Assembly (NCBI RefSeq): GCF_009834535.1
Contig: NC_045696.1
Span: 52,020,001-52,084,000, forward strand
DNA: 64,000 bases
Origin: Camelus ferus
Taxonomy: Eukaryota
Direction of reading: 5' to 3'
The translations under genes were made by a program, and so were the position numbers. The notes beneath the pieces are model-generated. The model saw only the letters and a program-made list of their open reading frames with translations, was not told the DNA's origin and searched no databases. How positions within the stretch are numbered: position 1 is the first letter of the stretch; each line of letters opens with the position of its first letter. This document shows positions 1-12,450 of the stretch, in pieces.

Positions 1-1139
1 TCTTATATAAGATCATATTTTCAACACACTTAAAGTTTCCAAAGTAGAAGTGAGAAGCAGGTGCAAAGCATAATGCTATTCATATTGTTATTGTCTCCTC
101 CAGTTTGGAATTTTCAAGCAATGAGAAAAATGACTGAAAAAAAAAAAAACTTCAGTAAGTTTTGAGACAATGCATTATTTGTATAATGGAACACTTTGCC
201 CTTAAATTTAGTTCATGGCTTCCACGCTCCCTGGGAGATTTTATACAGTTAACTCTCAATGAATTATTTGCAAGTGGGCTATGTCTAACACATTTTACAT
301 TAACTTTTTTTTTCTGACTATAAAATTAATACATACATATTGCAAAAAAATGTAAAATACAGAAATGTATAAGAAAAAGCTACAAACACCAAAAGTTTGA
401 TGATACAGAGTCAATCAACGACTACTGGCACTTTGATATTTCATCCAAATGTGAAAAATTTTAATGTTTGGCTTTCTACTTTTCCCCTGTACAACACTAA
501 GCTCCCTCCTATTTCCACTATTTGATATTTACTCAAACAACAGTAATTATTTTCTATAAATTAATTTAGTAACTAACCAAGTATGATTGTATTCCATAGG
601 TCTGATATAGATTATTATTCATTCTTATTGTTCATTATTGCATGAGTTAGATTTTATCTGTTCATGCCCTATGAAGATTACTATGTATAACAAAGCATGA
701 CATTACATGCTTTGTGTTAGACCATTTATGTTTCATAATATGGAGGTCAGAAATAGCCTCATTAACCCATGGAAAACAAAAATAGAATGGCAAATTTGAT
801 GCTGAAAATCAAATATTATATACAAAGGCTGAAGAAAAATTATTTTAGATAACGCTCTTGCTTTTTATTTTTATTTTTACCATTGTTACCTCAAAACTAC
901 AGCATTAGTATGGAAAACGGAGAGTCAGCTATGCTTATAAGGTAAAGCACCATCAAAGCCCCAGTGCATCTCTCCCAAGAGTCCAATCCGATTCTCTCTG
1001 AGGAGCTATCCTCCTTTGGTGAACTCTGTCCCGTAGAATTACATCATCTCCCATGGCTCAGATTATCTCCAATTTATAAAATGCTTTAACAAAAACTATT
1101 ATTAAGTGGGTTCTGTTATATATTCATATAACTTCCTCC

Positions 1140-1500
1140 CCACTTTGGTTTAGCATAGGAATACACACCACATCACTATGTGTTTCATTAAGACTGTTTC
1201 GATATAGTAATAAGCTGGAGAAATAGAGGAAGTATACTGGATGTAATTTATTTACATTTTAGTAAGACCTGAGATGAATGATACCACACAGGAAGCTCAT
1301 AGTGAGGTCAGGAAGAAATAGTGGCTGAAAAATGCCTTGAAGTTTGGAAGCTGTTAAGTATTATTTAATCAATAGTATTGCTTCTGAATTAAGATAGGAT
1401 AACAGTTCCACAGGGATAGGTATTGTGGTCTACGATAAACATTATTCAACGCAAGCATTAAAAATTTAGGGGGATATCAATTTTCAAAAATATGATAAAT
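1140..1500 (+). mobile_element. L3/CR1-clade LINE fossil (RT domain fragment)
   Basis: Translation from 1237 gives LDVIYLHFSKT*D (CR1 RT motif DVIYLDFSKAFD). From 1405 it gives VPQG*VL (GVPQGSVLGP motif). The motifs are in the correct order and decayed by stops. Confidence 0.75.
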
Positions 1501-2149
1501 TTTAAGGTTATAACTTAGAACATATATCAAAAGCTAAAGTTTAAAATGCATGGGCCTATGATATAAAAGTCCCATCAAAGCCCAAATGGTGGGACTACTC
1601 TTCTTTAATATACGAAAGCTTATTTATTGTTAGAATTCCCCTTTAGTAGAGATGCTAGCTTCGGGTTAGTATTTGATTTCTGCTACTTTGCATGTTAATT
1701 CTTTTATGAATGATTCTAAAAATCAGAGCAAGTCCTTTAATGAAATGAGAAATTCAGAAAGCAATGATCTTCAGTCTACAATTATAGTAGCTTGCATTAT
1801 TTCTATTTCTAAACTGAGCAGGCTCACATTTGTGTAAGAAAAATCATCACTGGCAATATTTCAGAGATTAATGTGTGTGACATTTGTCTATTCAGTGTTG
1901 TTCCAAAAAGAAAAAAAAATTGTGAAAAGGTAAATATAATTTTCAAGCAGAAAGTGAGAAAATAATGGTAAAGATATAATAACAATAGGTAACGCATGAA
2001 GAAGCCAGGATAAGGTCAATATACAAAAGGTATGCTATGAATTCTAATACATTTGCTTAAATACAGAACAAAGTATAAACGTATTTGTATTAGCCACTAT
2101 AAATAATATTTCATTAAGATCTTGTGTTTTTACATTTTTTCCTTATTTA

Positions 2150-2280
2150 TATCTTATCTACCAACTAGAAAGTAAGCTTGTTGAAAGTATGTAATTTATG
2201 TTTTCCTGTACTATAATTCATAATAATTAGTATGATGCTGAGTAGAAAACTGATTCCCAATCAATACTGTTATTTGATCT
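2150..2280 (+). mobile_element. L2 3' end fragment
   Basis: CAACTAGAAAGTAAGCTTGTTGAAAG...CAATCAATACTGTT resembles the L2 3' terminus. Confidence 0.4.
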
Positions 2281-3289
2281 GTGTGAAATACAAAGAATCT
2301 GACCAAAAAGGTATAGTTTAAAAATATCATATGTTCATTGATGCAAACTGTATAAAAGAACAAAATAAAGGCTTGTAAAAACATAAAATAAATTATAACA
2401 CTGGATGGGGAAAACAGGATAAATTATACTAAACTACACTGAAGCAATAAAATTAATACAAAAAAAACCCCACTTAAATTGAAAATAAATCAATGTAAAT
2501 GCATACTTATATCCTACAAATAATTCAGAAGACTTCCAAGAAATGAAAATAAAAAGATGGCATCATAAAAGTGTTTTGGCCCAATATCACGTATTTTTAT
2601 AGTATATAAGAAACAATAAAGTATGATTAGAAATACTAATTTCCTGATTGTATAGAATGTGAACCATCTATATTATAGAGGTGTACAAATTTTCTGAGAT
2701 ATCATCAAGTTTGATAATTGTGCTTGATTAGAATTTGAACACTATGACTTCAGATGTAAAAACTCGTAATTCCAGTTGTAAATCAAAATTTTACTTTTAG
2801 AAATTCTTAAAATTCACATTTTGACATGGTAAATAATTGGGTAGCCTTCAAATTATTCTTAATAAAGTCTTAAACATAAAGTTCTTCCAGTAACACAGGG
2901 GAAATTTAATAACAGGAAACCAATCCCTTGCTGAATTATCGTGATCTGAATAATCCTATAGTGGTTTGAAGGGAGGGGGCTATACATCTGAATTCTAATG
3001 CTTAGTGACCAATTTCTGGCACGTAGTAAGTGCTGAGTAAATGTGTGTTTGAATCGATCTGAATTGAAAAAAAATCACAAGAAAAGACTATGTCCATCAA
3101 TCAGAGTTTGACAGTATTTACCCCAAACGGCATATACTATACTTCAACACAATCCTAACAAACAAAGAAAAGGTTAGAGAATAGTACTCTAATTCGTCTT
3201 ACCAATAAAACAAAGATTATCTGTCTTAAATCAACAACTAATATCCACCTTACCTATGGAATAAACTAGAGTTATTATCATATAATCAA

Positions 3290-5220
3290 GAACAAGAATA
3301 CCTCCTATCACCAGGATTACTTAACTGATTTGGAAATTCTAGTCAATGAAATAGGATATTACAGAGAAATAAGAGGGAAAAAAAGAAGATAAAGTCATCA
3401 CTGTTTGCAGATAATTTAATGACCTTGAAAATGCAACAGAATTTATAAAGTTATTAAAATTATTAAGAAAGTTGAGTAAAATAGCTAGATAATAAATATA
3501 AAAAAGATAAGGCTTTTCTACTGAACAATTAAAAACTGGAATGTAATGTAAGCAATTAAGGATAATAACAAGAATATAGTGTGCTTATACTTGAATAAAA
3601 TAAGGAATCTGGGGACTTACAAAAATAGAAAAACACAATTTATGTATGAAACATTATATAAATAGAAACATCTGATGCTTCTGAATGTGAAGACTGCATA
3701 TAGCAAAGATTAAGATACTACTTTATAGGTTTAATAAAATTCCAGAAGATCATTTTTATGAATTCAATGAAGAAAATTAATCTTGAAAGATAAATAGGTG
3801 ACAATATTCAAAGTTTCTGGAAAAAGGAAAATAAGGAAGGGTTTGACTTAGATCTGTAAAGTGACTGTGATGCTCTAATGAAAACAGTGTGGAACTACTG
3901 AAGGAAATGAGAAAAACAGGTATATCAAAAATAGATCCTAGTGTTGATTTAAAAAGTTAGTAAGCAGTAAAGATGGCACCAAAATTAGTGAGGAAATGGT
4001 GCTGGGGCAGTTGATTAACTATTGGGAACAAAATTAAGTAAGACACTTATCTCATACTTAAGGTTAAAATAATTTCTGGAAGGAATAGAGAGTTAAAATA
4101 CAAAATAAAACCACGATGACACTAGAAAAATGGTGAATATTTATCAAATGTAAAACTTTTAAAAAAAAAAGATAAAAGCAAAGGCCACAGTCATAATGAA
4201 AAAAATACAATAGAATTGACCATATAAATATTTAAAATTTTCTTGCATCAACAACAGCAGAAACAACTTTATGGCACATGAAACTGAGAGAAACATTTCT
4301 GCAACACGTCTGACATAATTAATGACTTAACATTTAAAAAATCTTACAAATCATCAGGAAAATATGAGTAAAAGACATGAGTAAACAATTTATAAAAAGA
4401 AGAAACCAATGTCAAATAAGTATGTGTGAAATGTTCCAGCTCCATATTAATCAATTCAATGCAAATTAAAACAAAATAAGCCATTTTTGCCCGTCAAATT
4501 GGCAAAGATTTATAAAATGATACTATTCAAAGCAGGTAAGAATATAGATAGAAAAGTACTCTCACATATATTTAGGGAGGGTTTTTCAAAAGAATCTTGA
4601 GAAGTTCACATCCTCTAATCCAGAAATTAACTTCTAAGACTGAAATTATGCTGAAAACATAATCCAAGATGCAGATAAAATTTAAATATAAGAATAGTCC
4701 TCAGAGCAGCAGGCATACTGCTGAAAAATAGCCTAAATGTCAAATATGGAGGATTAAGAAAACTGGGGTACATGAATAAGGTACAATACTAAGCAGCCAT
4801 TAAAAATGAGTATTTTATGACTCTAAGAACTAATAATATAGTAAATGCTGTTTGAAGAAAGCTATAGATTATATGACCCAAATTTTTATTTAAAAATACA
4901 CATAGAAATGTGACAATGAGTGTGTATAGGTCCATGAATGACTGAAAAATTGTGCTGAACACTGGAATTTGACACATTGTAAAATGATTATAAATCAATA
5001 AAAAATGTTTAAAAAAATACACATAGAAACATATATATACCATACATACACTTAGAAATGTACATAAAATGAGAAAGAAGCAGAGAAGAAATTTAGAATT
5101 GTTTATCCCTGATTTAAATTTTATTTGCTATATATAAAAATATATTTATATTTTCACAATTATGTTCAATAAGCATACTTTACTTTTAACCTGAAAAAGA
5201 AGTTATTTTAAATCTGAAAA
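3290..5220 (+). mobile_element. Old L1 (L1M/L1ME-like), 3' half of ORF2 plus 3' UTR
   Basis: AAG TCA TCA CTG TTT GCA GAT AAT near 3392 = KSSLFADN (L1 RT motif KLSLFADDM). The strand is A-rich, and typical L1 3' motifs follow (ATGCAAATTAAAACAA, GCAGCCATTAAAAATGA). Confidence 0.8.
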
Positions 5221-5839
5221 GAATTTATATGTGCTCAGAATCCACTCAAGAGAAAAAAAAATCAAACACCAATAAAAATCAGTTTTCCTATACATATGGA
5301 ATCACTGTGCTTATTCATCTGTAAATCTGTATAATTTTGTGTATAAAGAACATCTATTGAGATACTTGCTTTTATTTTCATTTTTGAAGAACATAATACT
5401 TTCCACAAATTAAGAACCAAAGAATGTAAAGTCAATTTTAAGTCCCATATTTGACCACAGTTTTCTTCAAGTGCTCTGATGGTCCTTCCTCTAACAACTT
5501 CTAAATAAAGTTTACCTATTTTGTTAATACGTGTTTTGTTACCAAGTTCAGTAATATTGAGTCTGAGAACATTTATTTGACCCAATCAGCCAACCCCAAA
5601 GAAGTCACCTTCAATCAACTGTGACCAACATAGTGAATAGCACATTTGGTTTTCACATTTCTTTTGCCTGGAACACTAACCAAGCTGAGTATTCTGAGAG
5701 TAACAATGAATGGGACTTGGATTTTTCATCAGTGCTTGAAAAATAGCTGCCAAAGTCAAGACATGCAATAACCTTCTAAGTAAGTTTTCTGGCTCCATAT
5801 TGTGTTTGAAGGCACACCCCCTCCAAACGTCTGCACTCA

Positions 5840-6380
5840 CCATCTGCTACTCAACTGCAGAATAATGCACTCAAGTCTGGTGTTGCTTGGCATAGACAAG
5901 GATAGTCAATGTCCAACTCCATTCAGACATGTGCACCATATCAGGAACCTTATGACACAGTCCTCAACATCAATGCAGCACTTTCAAGCCCCACTGCACA
6001 TCAATCATGTACATATGACAGTCAAGCTGATAGACAAAATCCAAGCCAACCCTAAACACCTACTGTGCATGGATCTCTCCAGTTTGCCTGCAGCTCACCT
6101 TCTATTAGGATGATAGCTTTGGCCTAGTCTTCCATGCCAAAACAAGTCCATGGAGTCACTCTGGCAAGAAGAAGGGTCTACATCAATGTCAACAAACAAG
6201 TTCCTTGCTGCAGACCCTACCATCTGTCCTCCTGCTTCCCACCTACCTTACTTTATGTGGACCTTGATGAATGGGACTCTAATAGTCCAAGATTCTAGTT
6301 TAGCCAGCCTTTACAGATGGGGTCAACATGACTGCCCCCTGGCCAAACACCCAGGGTAACATAGCTGAGGAGTTACCTGG
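5840..6380 (-). mobile_element. Ancient RTE-clade LINE fossil (MamRTE1/L4-like), C-terminal ORF region
   Basis: Minus-strand codons give ESWT (6295-6284), FHQ-like, KQEDR, MED (6135-6127) and LIEGEL (ending 6091). They occur in the order of the RTE C-terminal motifs LLYGCESWT...FHQRCLR...KWQDR...RMEDxRxPK...LYGEL. Confidence 0.6.
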
Positions 6381-9300
6381 AGAGTGCCTTTTTGCAAATC
6401 TGATGTTAGAAATAAAGCAAATGAAGAAGATCCTATCAGTTTTTGAGTTTCAGCTTTGTGAAAAAAAGTGACTGTGTTCGGTGCTTAAAGTGAAGATGAT
6501 TTTCATTTACATTCTTCAAAAATGTTAAAAATGCTAAAGGATAAATTCCATTTGAACACTATGGATAAAGGAAATAAAATGAGTAAATAAAAATAAAAAT
6601 GAGGTTGTTTTAAAAATATTTACAAAGAAACTTTAATAGGAAGACTTAAAAAAATCTCAGAAATATGTAGAAATAAGGTTTTGTAATCTAATGTTAATAT
6701 AGAACATTTCATTCTGCATTAGATGCAACTATATTAGAGAATATTGCACTTGCTAAACGGAGAATAAGAGCTTTCAGACTTACTCTCCAGAAGCTTGTAT
6801 AGCACTTAACAGAGATTTCATGATAGAGCAGTAGAATTTGACATAATCCTAAATATGAATAGTTTCTGGGTAAACCAAATTTTTGACCTTAAAAATATAT
6901 ACAAAAAATAACACATCAATGTTACCTTAAATGCAGTAAATAAAATTATTTTTCTGAACATGTTGATAACCTTTTTTCAATTAGGTCATTAAAAATGCAC
7001 TTTAGACTGAGTCTAATGTCATAAAACAAACAGAAAATTTCAGGAAATGCCACTGGTTCCAACCAAAATCAATTTAATATGATGATACAATGATATGCCT
7101 TTATTTTTTGTCCAAGGTATGCTAAATGTATTTCTAGAATGGTTTCTAGATTCACCAAAAATGAAACAAACAAAACCTCTACCCCAAATTCAAAGCACAG
7201 CATCATCTGAAACTAGGCAATTCAAATAAGTAATAATTACAAAGGGACTTCTCTACCACACAAATGAGATAATGGATGTGAAAATATGTTATACACCGTG
7301 AGGCATCATACACAGAACTATTCAGAGCATCTATCACAGCATGTGTACATAGCAAGTACTTACTAAATGTTCGTAAAATTGATTAGAATTTAATTGAAAA
7401 GAGAGGTATAATGAGACTTCTATAAGTAGAACTCAGATCCTTTCAAGATCATGGGAAAAAATTCAATCAAATTATATTACTGGGTACATCAGCTGTCTTT
7501 GATGTTATGAATCAAGATGAGCTCCTATTGTATCTAAAGAAAATTTTTGTAGAATTTTCTTTGGAGAAATCACAGTGGAATAAAAAAGCATGATTATTTT
7601 TAATTTCGAAATATCTCCAAATTTTCTAGTATTCTTTGGTCAAGTAAGATAACGCTATAGAAATTCTACATAAAACCCGAACTTACAATGTCCTGGCCTA
7701 ATCATCTGGATAATCTCTTTGAGTTTTCCTAAAATATGCTTCCATCCCATTTTCTATGGGAATTCTCCCACTGATTAACACAGAGAATGAGAATTTGGCC
7801 TGTGCTCTATAGACACCATTGAAATGTGGCCACCTGAGGCATGTAGGGAGGGCATCCAGCTGGCACACCACATGTTGCCCTGGAGTAGTGTACAATGAGA
7901 AGGATATTTTGGCTAAGAGTACCTGGACAGTCTCTACAAAGGCCCTGATTATGAAAAGGACTTCAGTATCATCATTGTCTCTTGAGTATAATATGAGCCA
8001 GGGAAACTTCTGTTTCTAAGTTTATATAGTTTACCAAGAAAAGCACTTACAAGAAAAATCAAAGAAAGCTGGGCCATTTATACTAGAATTTGGCACTATA
8101 CATATCATTGATAGGAACTTTTTTTGAGAACCCTAGATACTTTAAAATTGATGCTAAAGCACATTACAGACTTGACCATAAACCAAAATATAGCAAACCC
8201 TATAAAACAAAGAATACAAAAATGCAGAATAAAAACTTAACGTCTGTAGTGCAGTCATATGAAAATCAATTAAGTTCATATACTACTCATTTAAGAAATA
8301 TCCGTTGCTTTTATTTTCATTTTATGCAACTTGTGAGAACAAAATGCCAGGCATTTGAACTGCAATGCCAATGAAACAATTTTGTCAATTTTGATTCTAT
8401 TTTTTTCAAAACACCATACGTGATTAGAACACATAATGCACTAGTATTTTTGCCAATTTTTGTTTTAAAACCAAAGCTGTTTTTGTATTACATAAGCACA
8501 GAAATCAGAATTTCAAAACCAGCAAACATATTTAGGGGTGAATTTTAAAATGAGCCCACTTGATTCTTTGTTAGATCAACTTTGGGCACCAAGAACATTT
8601 TTGCAAAATTCCACTGGGGTAAATAGGGTAGCTAGGAAACACTTCTCATGGTGAGAAACAAGCATATGCATTACTTTCAAGTTTTGTTTTGAGTTTTTTC
8701 ATCCTCCTACTGAATGGTTCTGGTGATATTTACAATATGATATGAGTATAAATCTTAATGGATTTATGATGTCACCAAATGCTGAGAAACAATTACAGCT
8801 GGGATTTACATTTGTGTTTCTGTGTTATTTTGCCTATAGATTCCAAAATCCAATGAAGAGAAACTTTGATACAAACACATGCTGGAACTGAAAGACAGAT
8901 TCCATCTATCAATATAACCAGTTGATAGTAATTCTAAGAGTTTGATAGTAAGTGAAACAAACAAACATAATGGTTTGAATATGCCACTTCAGCCACCAGA
9001 GCTGTCATTCAAGAAGCTTTTTTTTTCCCATCACTAATTCAATGTCACACAAATAAGAATTCTTACTTTTCAACAAATTTTGGTGACAACTTACCTACAC
9101 AAAGGAAACCAACACCTATGGGGAAACTTTTGATTTGTCATAATGTATGTCCATTTGAACTTACTTAAAATATTATAATTTATAATGGGCTTAATTTATA
9201 CTTTTTTTCTCTAAAAGCACAAGAAAATCTCAATGATCACAGTGTTCTGAAGACTAATGAGTTCCAGTTTATGTCAGAGAAAATAGAAGCTCAGAGAGAT

Positions 9301-9755
9301 AAAGAGAATTGGCAAGGATCATACTGCAGGTCCAGCAATATACTCAGCATAGCCACTTGGAATCCTAATAAAACTACACAAACTGCCATTTCACAGATTT
9401 TTCATTAACTTACCATTTTGCATAATTCAAGATATTGTGTAGACAGTTTTATTGCTGGCTTAAGTAACGGAAAAATTTTTAATAATTTAATTATTTTTAT
9501 TATTTGTAACCAATAAGGTTTGGCTTACATGTTATCTTTTTCTTCAGGAATTTAGGGACATCACAAATCTTAATACCCTGATGGATATTTAAGTCCTAAG
9601 AGGATAGGAAATACTGAGATTGAAGTTGGCTCCTCTTCCATCTTTACTGACAGAAATCCCAAGTGCCAAAAGCCCACGCTGCTGGTTATCCATCATCATA
9701 TCTAAATATTGACTCTTATAAAACTTGTATTTTGAGACTCTCCTCATTTTAGAAT

Positions 9756-9856
9756 TACAGGTGGAAAGTCACTTCTCTTTGATACAAACTGCATGCAATA
9801 AAGAAGGAGGCCGTCCTACGCAATAAATATGTAGGGAATGGCTTTCCACCTCTGCA
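9756..9856. other. Short fold-back / possible MITE relic with ~18-bp imperfect terminal inverted repeats
   Basis: AGGTGGAAAGTCACTTCTC (9759-9777) is an imperfect inverted repeat of GGGAATGGCTTTCCACCT (9834-9851). The left end reads TA|CAG. Confidence 0.35.
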
Positions 9857-10409
9857 TGCTGCAGAAAATCCCGCTGAGTTAAGTAGAGTTCTACCAAGGC
9901 CACTTAAATATATTAGCCTATTATGCTCCACATTTCTTTATTGTTCTCAAAAAGCTAATGAAATGTTCCAGTGTAATGCTTATGCTGGAGTACTTTTAAA
10001 GGCATTTTAGAAGTGATGTTTCTCTCATAACTCCAGAAGGGGGTTCCACTTCCTAGAAGTATTTGGTAGACCACGCAGGGACTATGCAGTCTTACTACTC
10101 AGACTGTTTAGTTGCAGAGCCAGAGAAGAAAATCCTTAAAGATAATCACTTAAGAGTTTCTATGTGGATTTTAGCATCATTGCAAAGTGACAGGAATAAA
10201 AACTGGCAGGCATACATGACACACTGTACTCTCAAGTAGGTAGGTTTAAAATACTGTGTATTATCTATTCATAGAAGATAACATTGAGTTATGTTGTCAA
10301 TCTATTGGTTCAGAGTATCAGTGTAAAATTCAGAGATAACTTGTTTCTTCAGATTCAATCTTTTTAGAAAAATAAGGAAATACAATCTTCTATCACTGAA
10401 ACTCAGTCA

Positions 10410-10535
10410 GTAAGTAGAATGAAACTCAACCAGTTATCTTCCCTGCTGGGTTATCAGTTTCTTCGTCTGTAAGATGAAGGAATTAGACCTGCTGATATCT
10501 ACGATCACTTCTAGCTCTAACATTTGCTGGTTTTA
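10410..10535 (+). mobile_element. MIR3-like SINE fragment
   Basis: Core TCAGTTTCTTCGTCTGTAAGATG followed by a MIR3-type tail (CACTTCTAGCTCTAACATT). Confidence 0.6.
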
Positions 10536-11029
10536 TGATTCTAAATACTGATACTGTGTGTTGAGAAATGGCAAAGTAGGCGAAGAACAAGGAACAAAAC
10601 TTCACTAAGGTACTAACTTTCCAGCAAAACTGAAGGTATATAACTATGCCTTGAGTTGCCGTACACAATCACCTTACCTACTAAACACCATCAATAATAT
10701 GAACGGAAGGTTGAATATTGAAGGTCAGATGTGGTAGGAGTAAGGTTAAAGCCAAGACTAAAAATCTAATAATGAATTGAGAAATGAAAGAATCACAAAC
10801 TTCTACTGAACATATGGGATATGACTTGACAAACGGCAATTTCTTATGCAGTTACGCTCAACCAACAACAAATTGGAGAGATCTTGGAGTTTTTTGTTTT
10901 AATTTTCAAAAAATCAGACTATAATACTAAAAAAGTATTTAAGAGTTCATAGCACTGACCTCTACTGGATAATCCTAAGAATGTCTTGTTCTTTTTTTGA
11001 AATGAGACATTAACATTCAATACAGATAT

Positions 11030-11190
11030 CGCAATTAATTAATGTTAACTATGTTCCACACGCTTTATTTGCATTCACTCACGTAATCTTCCATTAGTAC
11101 TAGAAGGTAAGTACTATTAGAACACAGGACCATAGGAGTGGCTATCGGTAATGCTAGAATATCAGTCGGTATCCCCATTTTTTTATTGTG
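11030..11190 (-). mobile_element. MIR fragment
   Basis: Reverse MIR tail/core pattern (ACTATGTTCCACACGCTTT...TAATCTTCCA...GTAAGTACTATTA). Confidence 0.45.
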
Positions 11191-11499
11191 CAAAGTTAAC
11201 ACCGTGTGGTGTAGTGTTTCAATAAATAAGTATGACTCAAGTCAAACGGTTATATTTTTGTATTCTTCCTAAGTCACATGAGTAACTTATTCTTCCATAC
11301 ATGAAAGTAGAAATAAAAAGAGGTGAAGTTGGAAGGTATACACTTTTTTTCTCACTTTAAGTATGAAGACATATCCATAGATTATTAGAAGCATAAAAAC
11401 CAATAACCAATGAGAATGAAACTGTTCAAAATTACATTGCAAGCTCTTTAATGAGTGAATTCTTGTAGCATAATGAACACTAAAATGGGCACGATGGAC

Positions 11500-11640
11500 C
11501 TACCTTATAGTCCTGAAGCTGCCCCCATCAAATTGTATCATCTCGGGCAAGTTGCTTAACTATTAGGTGTATCAGTTTTATTATTTTCCTAAAATGGTGA
11601 GATTTAGGTCTCAAAGATTACTTCCAATAATAGCATTCAG
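11500..11640 (+). mobile_element. MIR3-like SINE fragment
   Basis: GGGCAAGTTGCTTAAC...TCAGTTTT...TAAAATGG core. Confidence 0.55.
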
Positions 11641-12435
11641 TAACAAGCTATCTACAAAGTCAAGTAATGATTTACCTTTGTTTCATTTATTATGTAACAG
11701 TTACTAATCTAAATGAGTGATATTATACTCACAGCTTTAACTAAATTACAGCAAAGATCTGGCCCGCCTTGTACTCATCTCTCTAACTGCAGCTCTGATA
11801 TAATAGGGTGCTATCTTGAACATTGCAGGATATGTCATTTTCATTTCTGCACAAGATTTAAGTGAAAATGTATCTTTGCAGTAATCAGATCATATAAAAC
11901 TCAGAAGTGCATAAATACTAGGACTTAATCTTATTGACCCCTCCTATAATTTTTGACCTCTATTTAAAATCTCTGCCTGCTACCCTTGACCTCGAATATT
12001 GCCAAGTACTAAAAAAGTTCCTGGATGTAGTGTACCTGAGCCAAGAGTAAGAGGCATGAGAAAGGTGGAGGGAAGGGGAGAAGTATTACAATTCAGTAAC
12101 ACATTTCTCATGCTTCTCACTATTTCTTTAGTTATATTAGTTTCAGGGACTATTTTAACACATGACTGTAAGTAGAAGTCATGTGTGACAGGATGGTATT
12201 GTGAGTAAAAACAAACAAACAAAATCATGGAAACAATGAAATATTTGGTCCTAATGTTTAAGCATTTCTACCACTGGAAATACTCGAGGAGTATACCACC
12301 TTCTTTGTGTTCTGGAAATTGTTTGAAGATAAAGCCAAATACTCGAAATCTACCTTCTATAGTTTGGTTGATAAAAGGTCATTTGCAAAAGAAAGCCCAG
12401 GTCAAGAGCAAGCCCCCAGGCCTACCCCAGAAATT

Positions 12436-12450
12436 TCACTAGAGGGTGCT
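12436..12450 (+). promoter_or_regulatory. Candidate CTCF motif
   Basis: TCACTAGAGGGTGCT versus core consensus CCACYAGRKGGCGC: two C>T differences, one at the CpG. Motif match only. Confidence 0.25.

Noticed and set aside
7687..8019. GC-richer block with overlapping ORFs and a minus-strand GTAAGT at 7686-7681
   Set aside because: No recognisable protein, no convincing acceptor, and a poor exon-side donor context.
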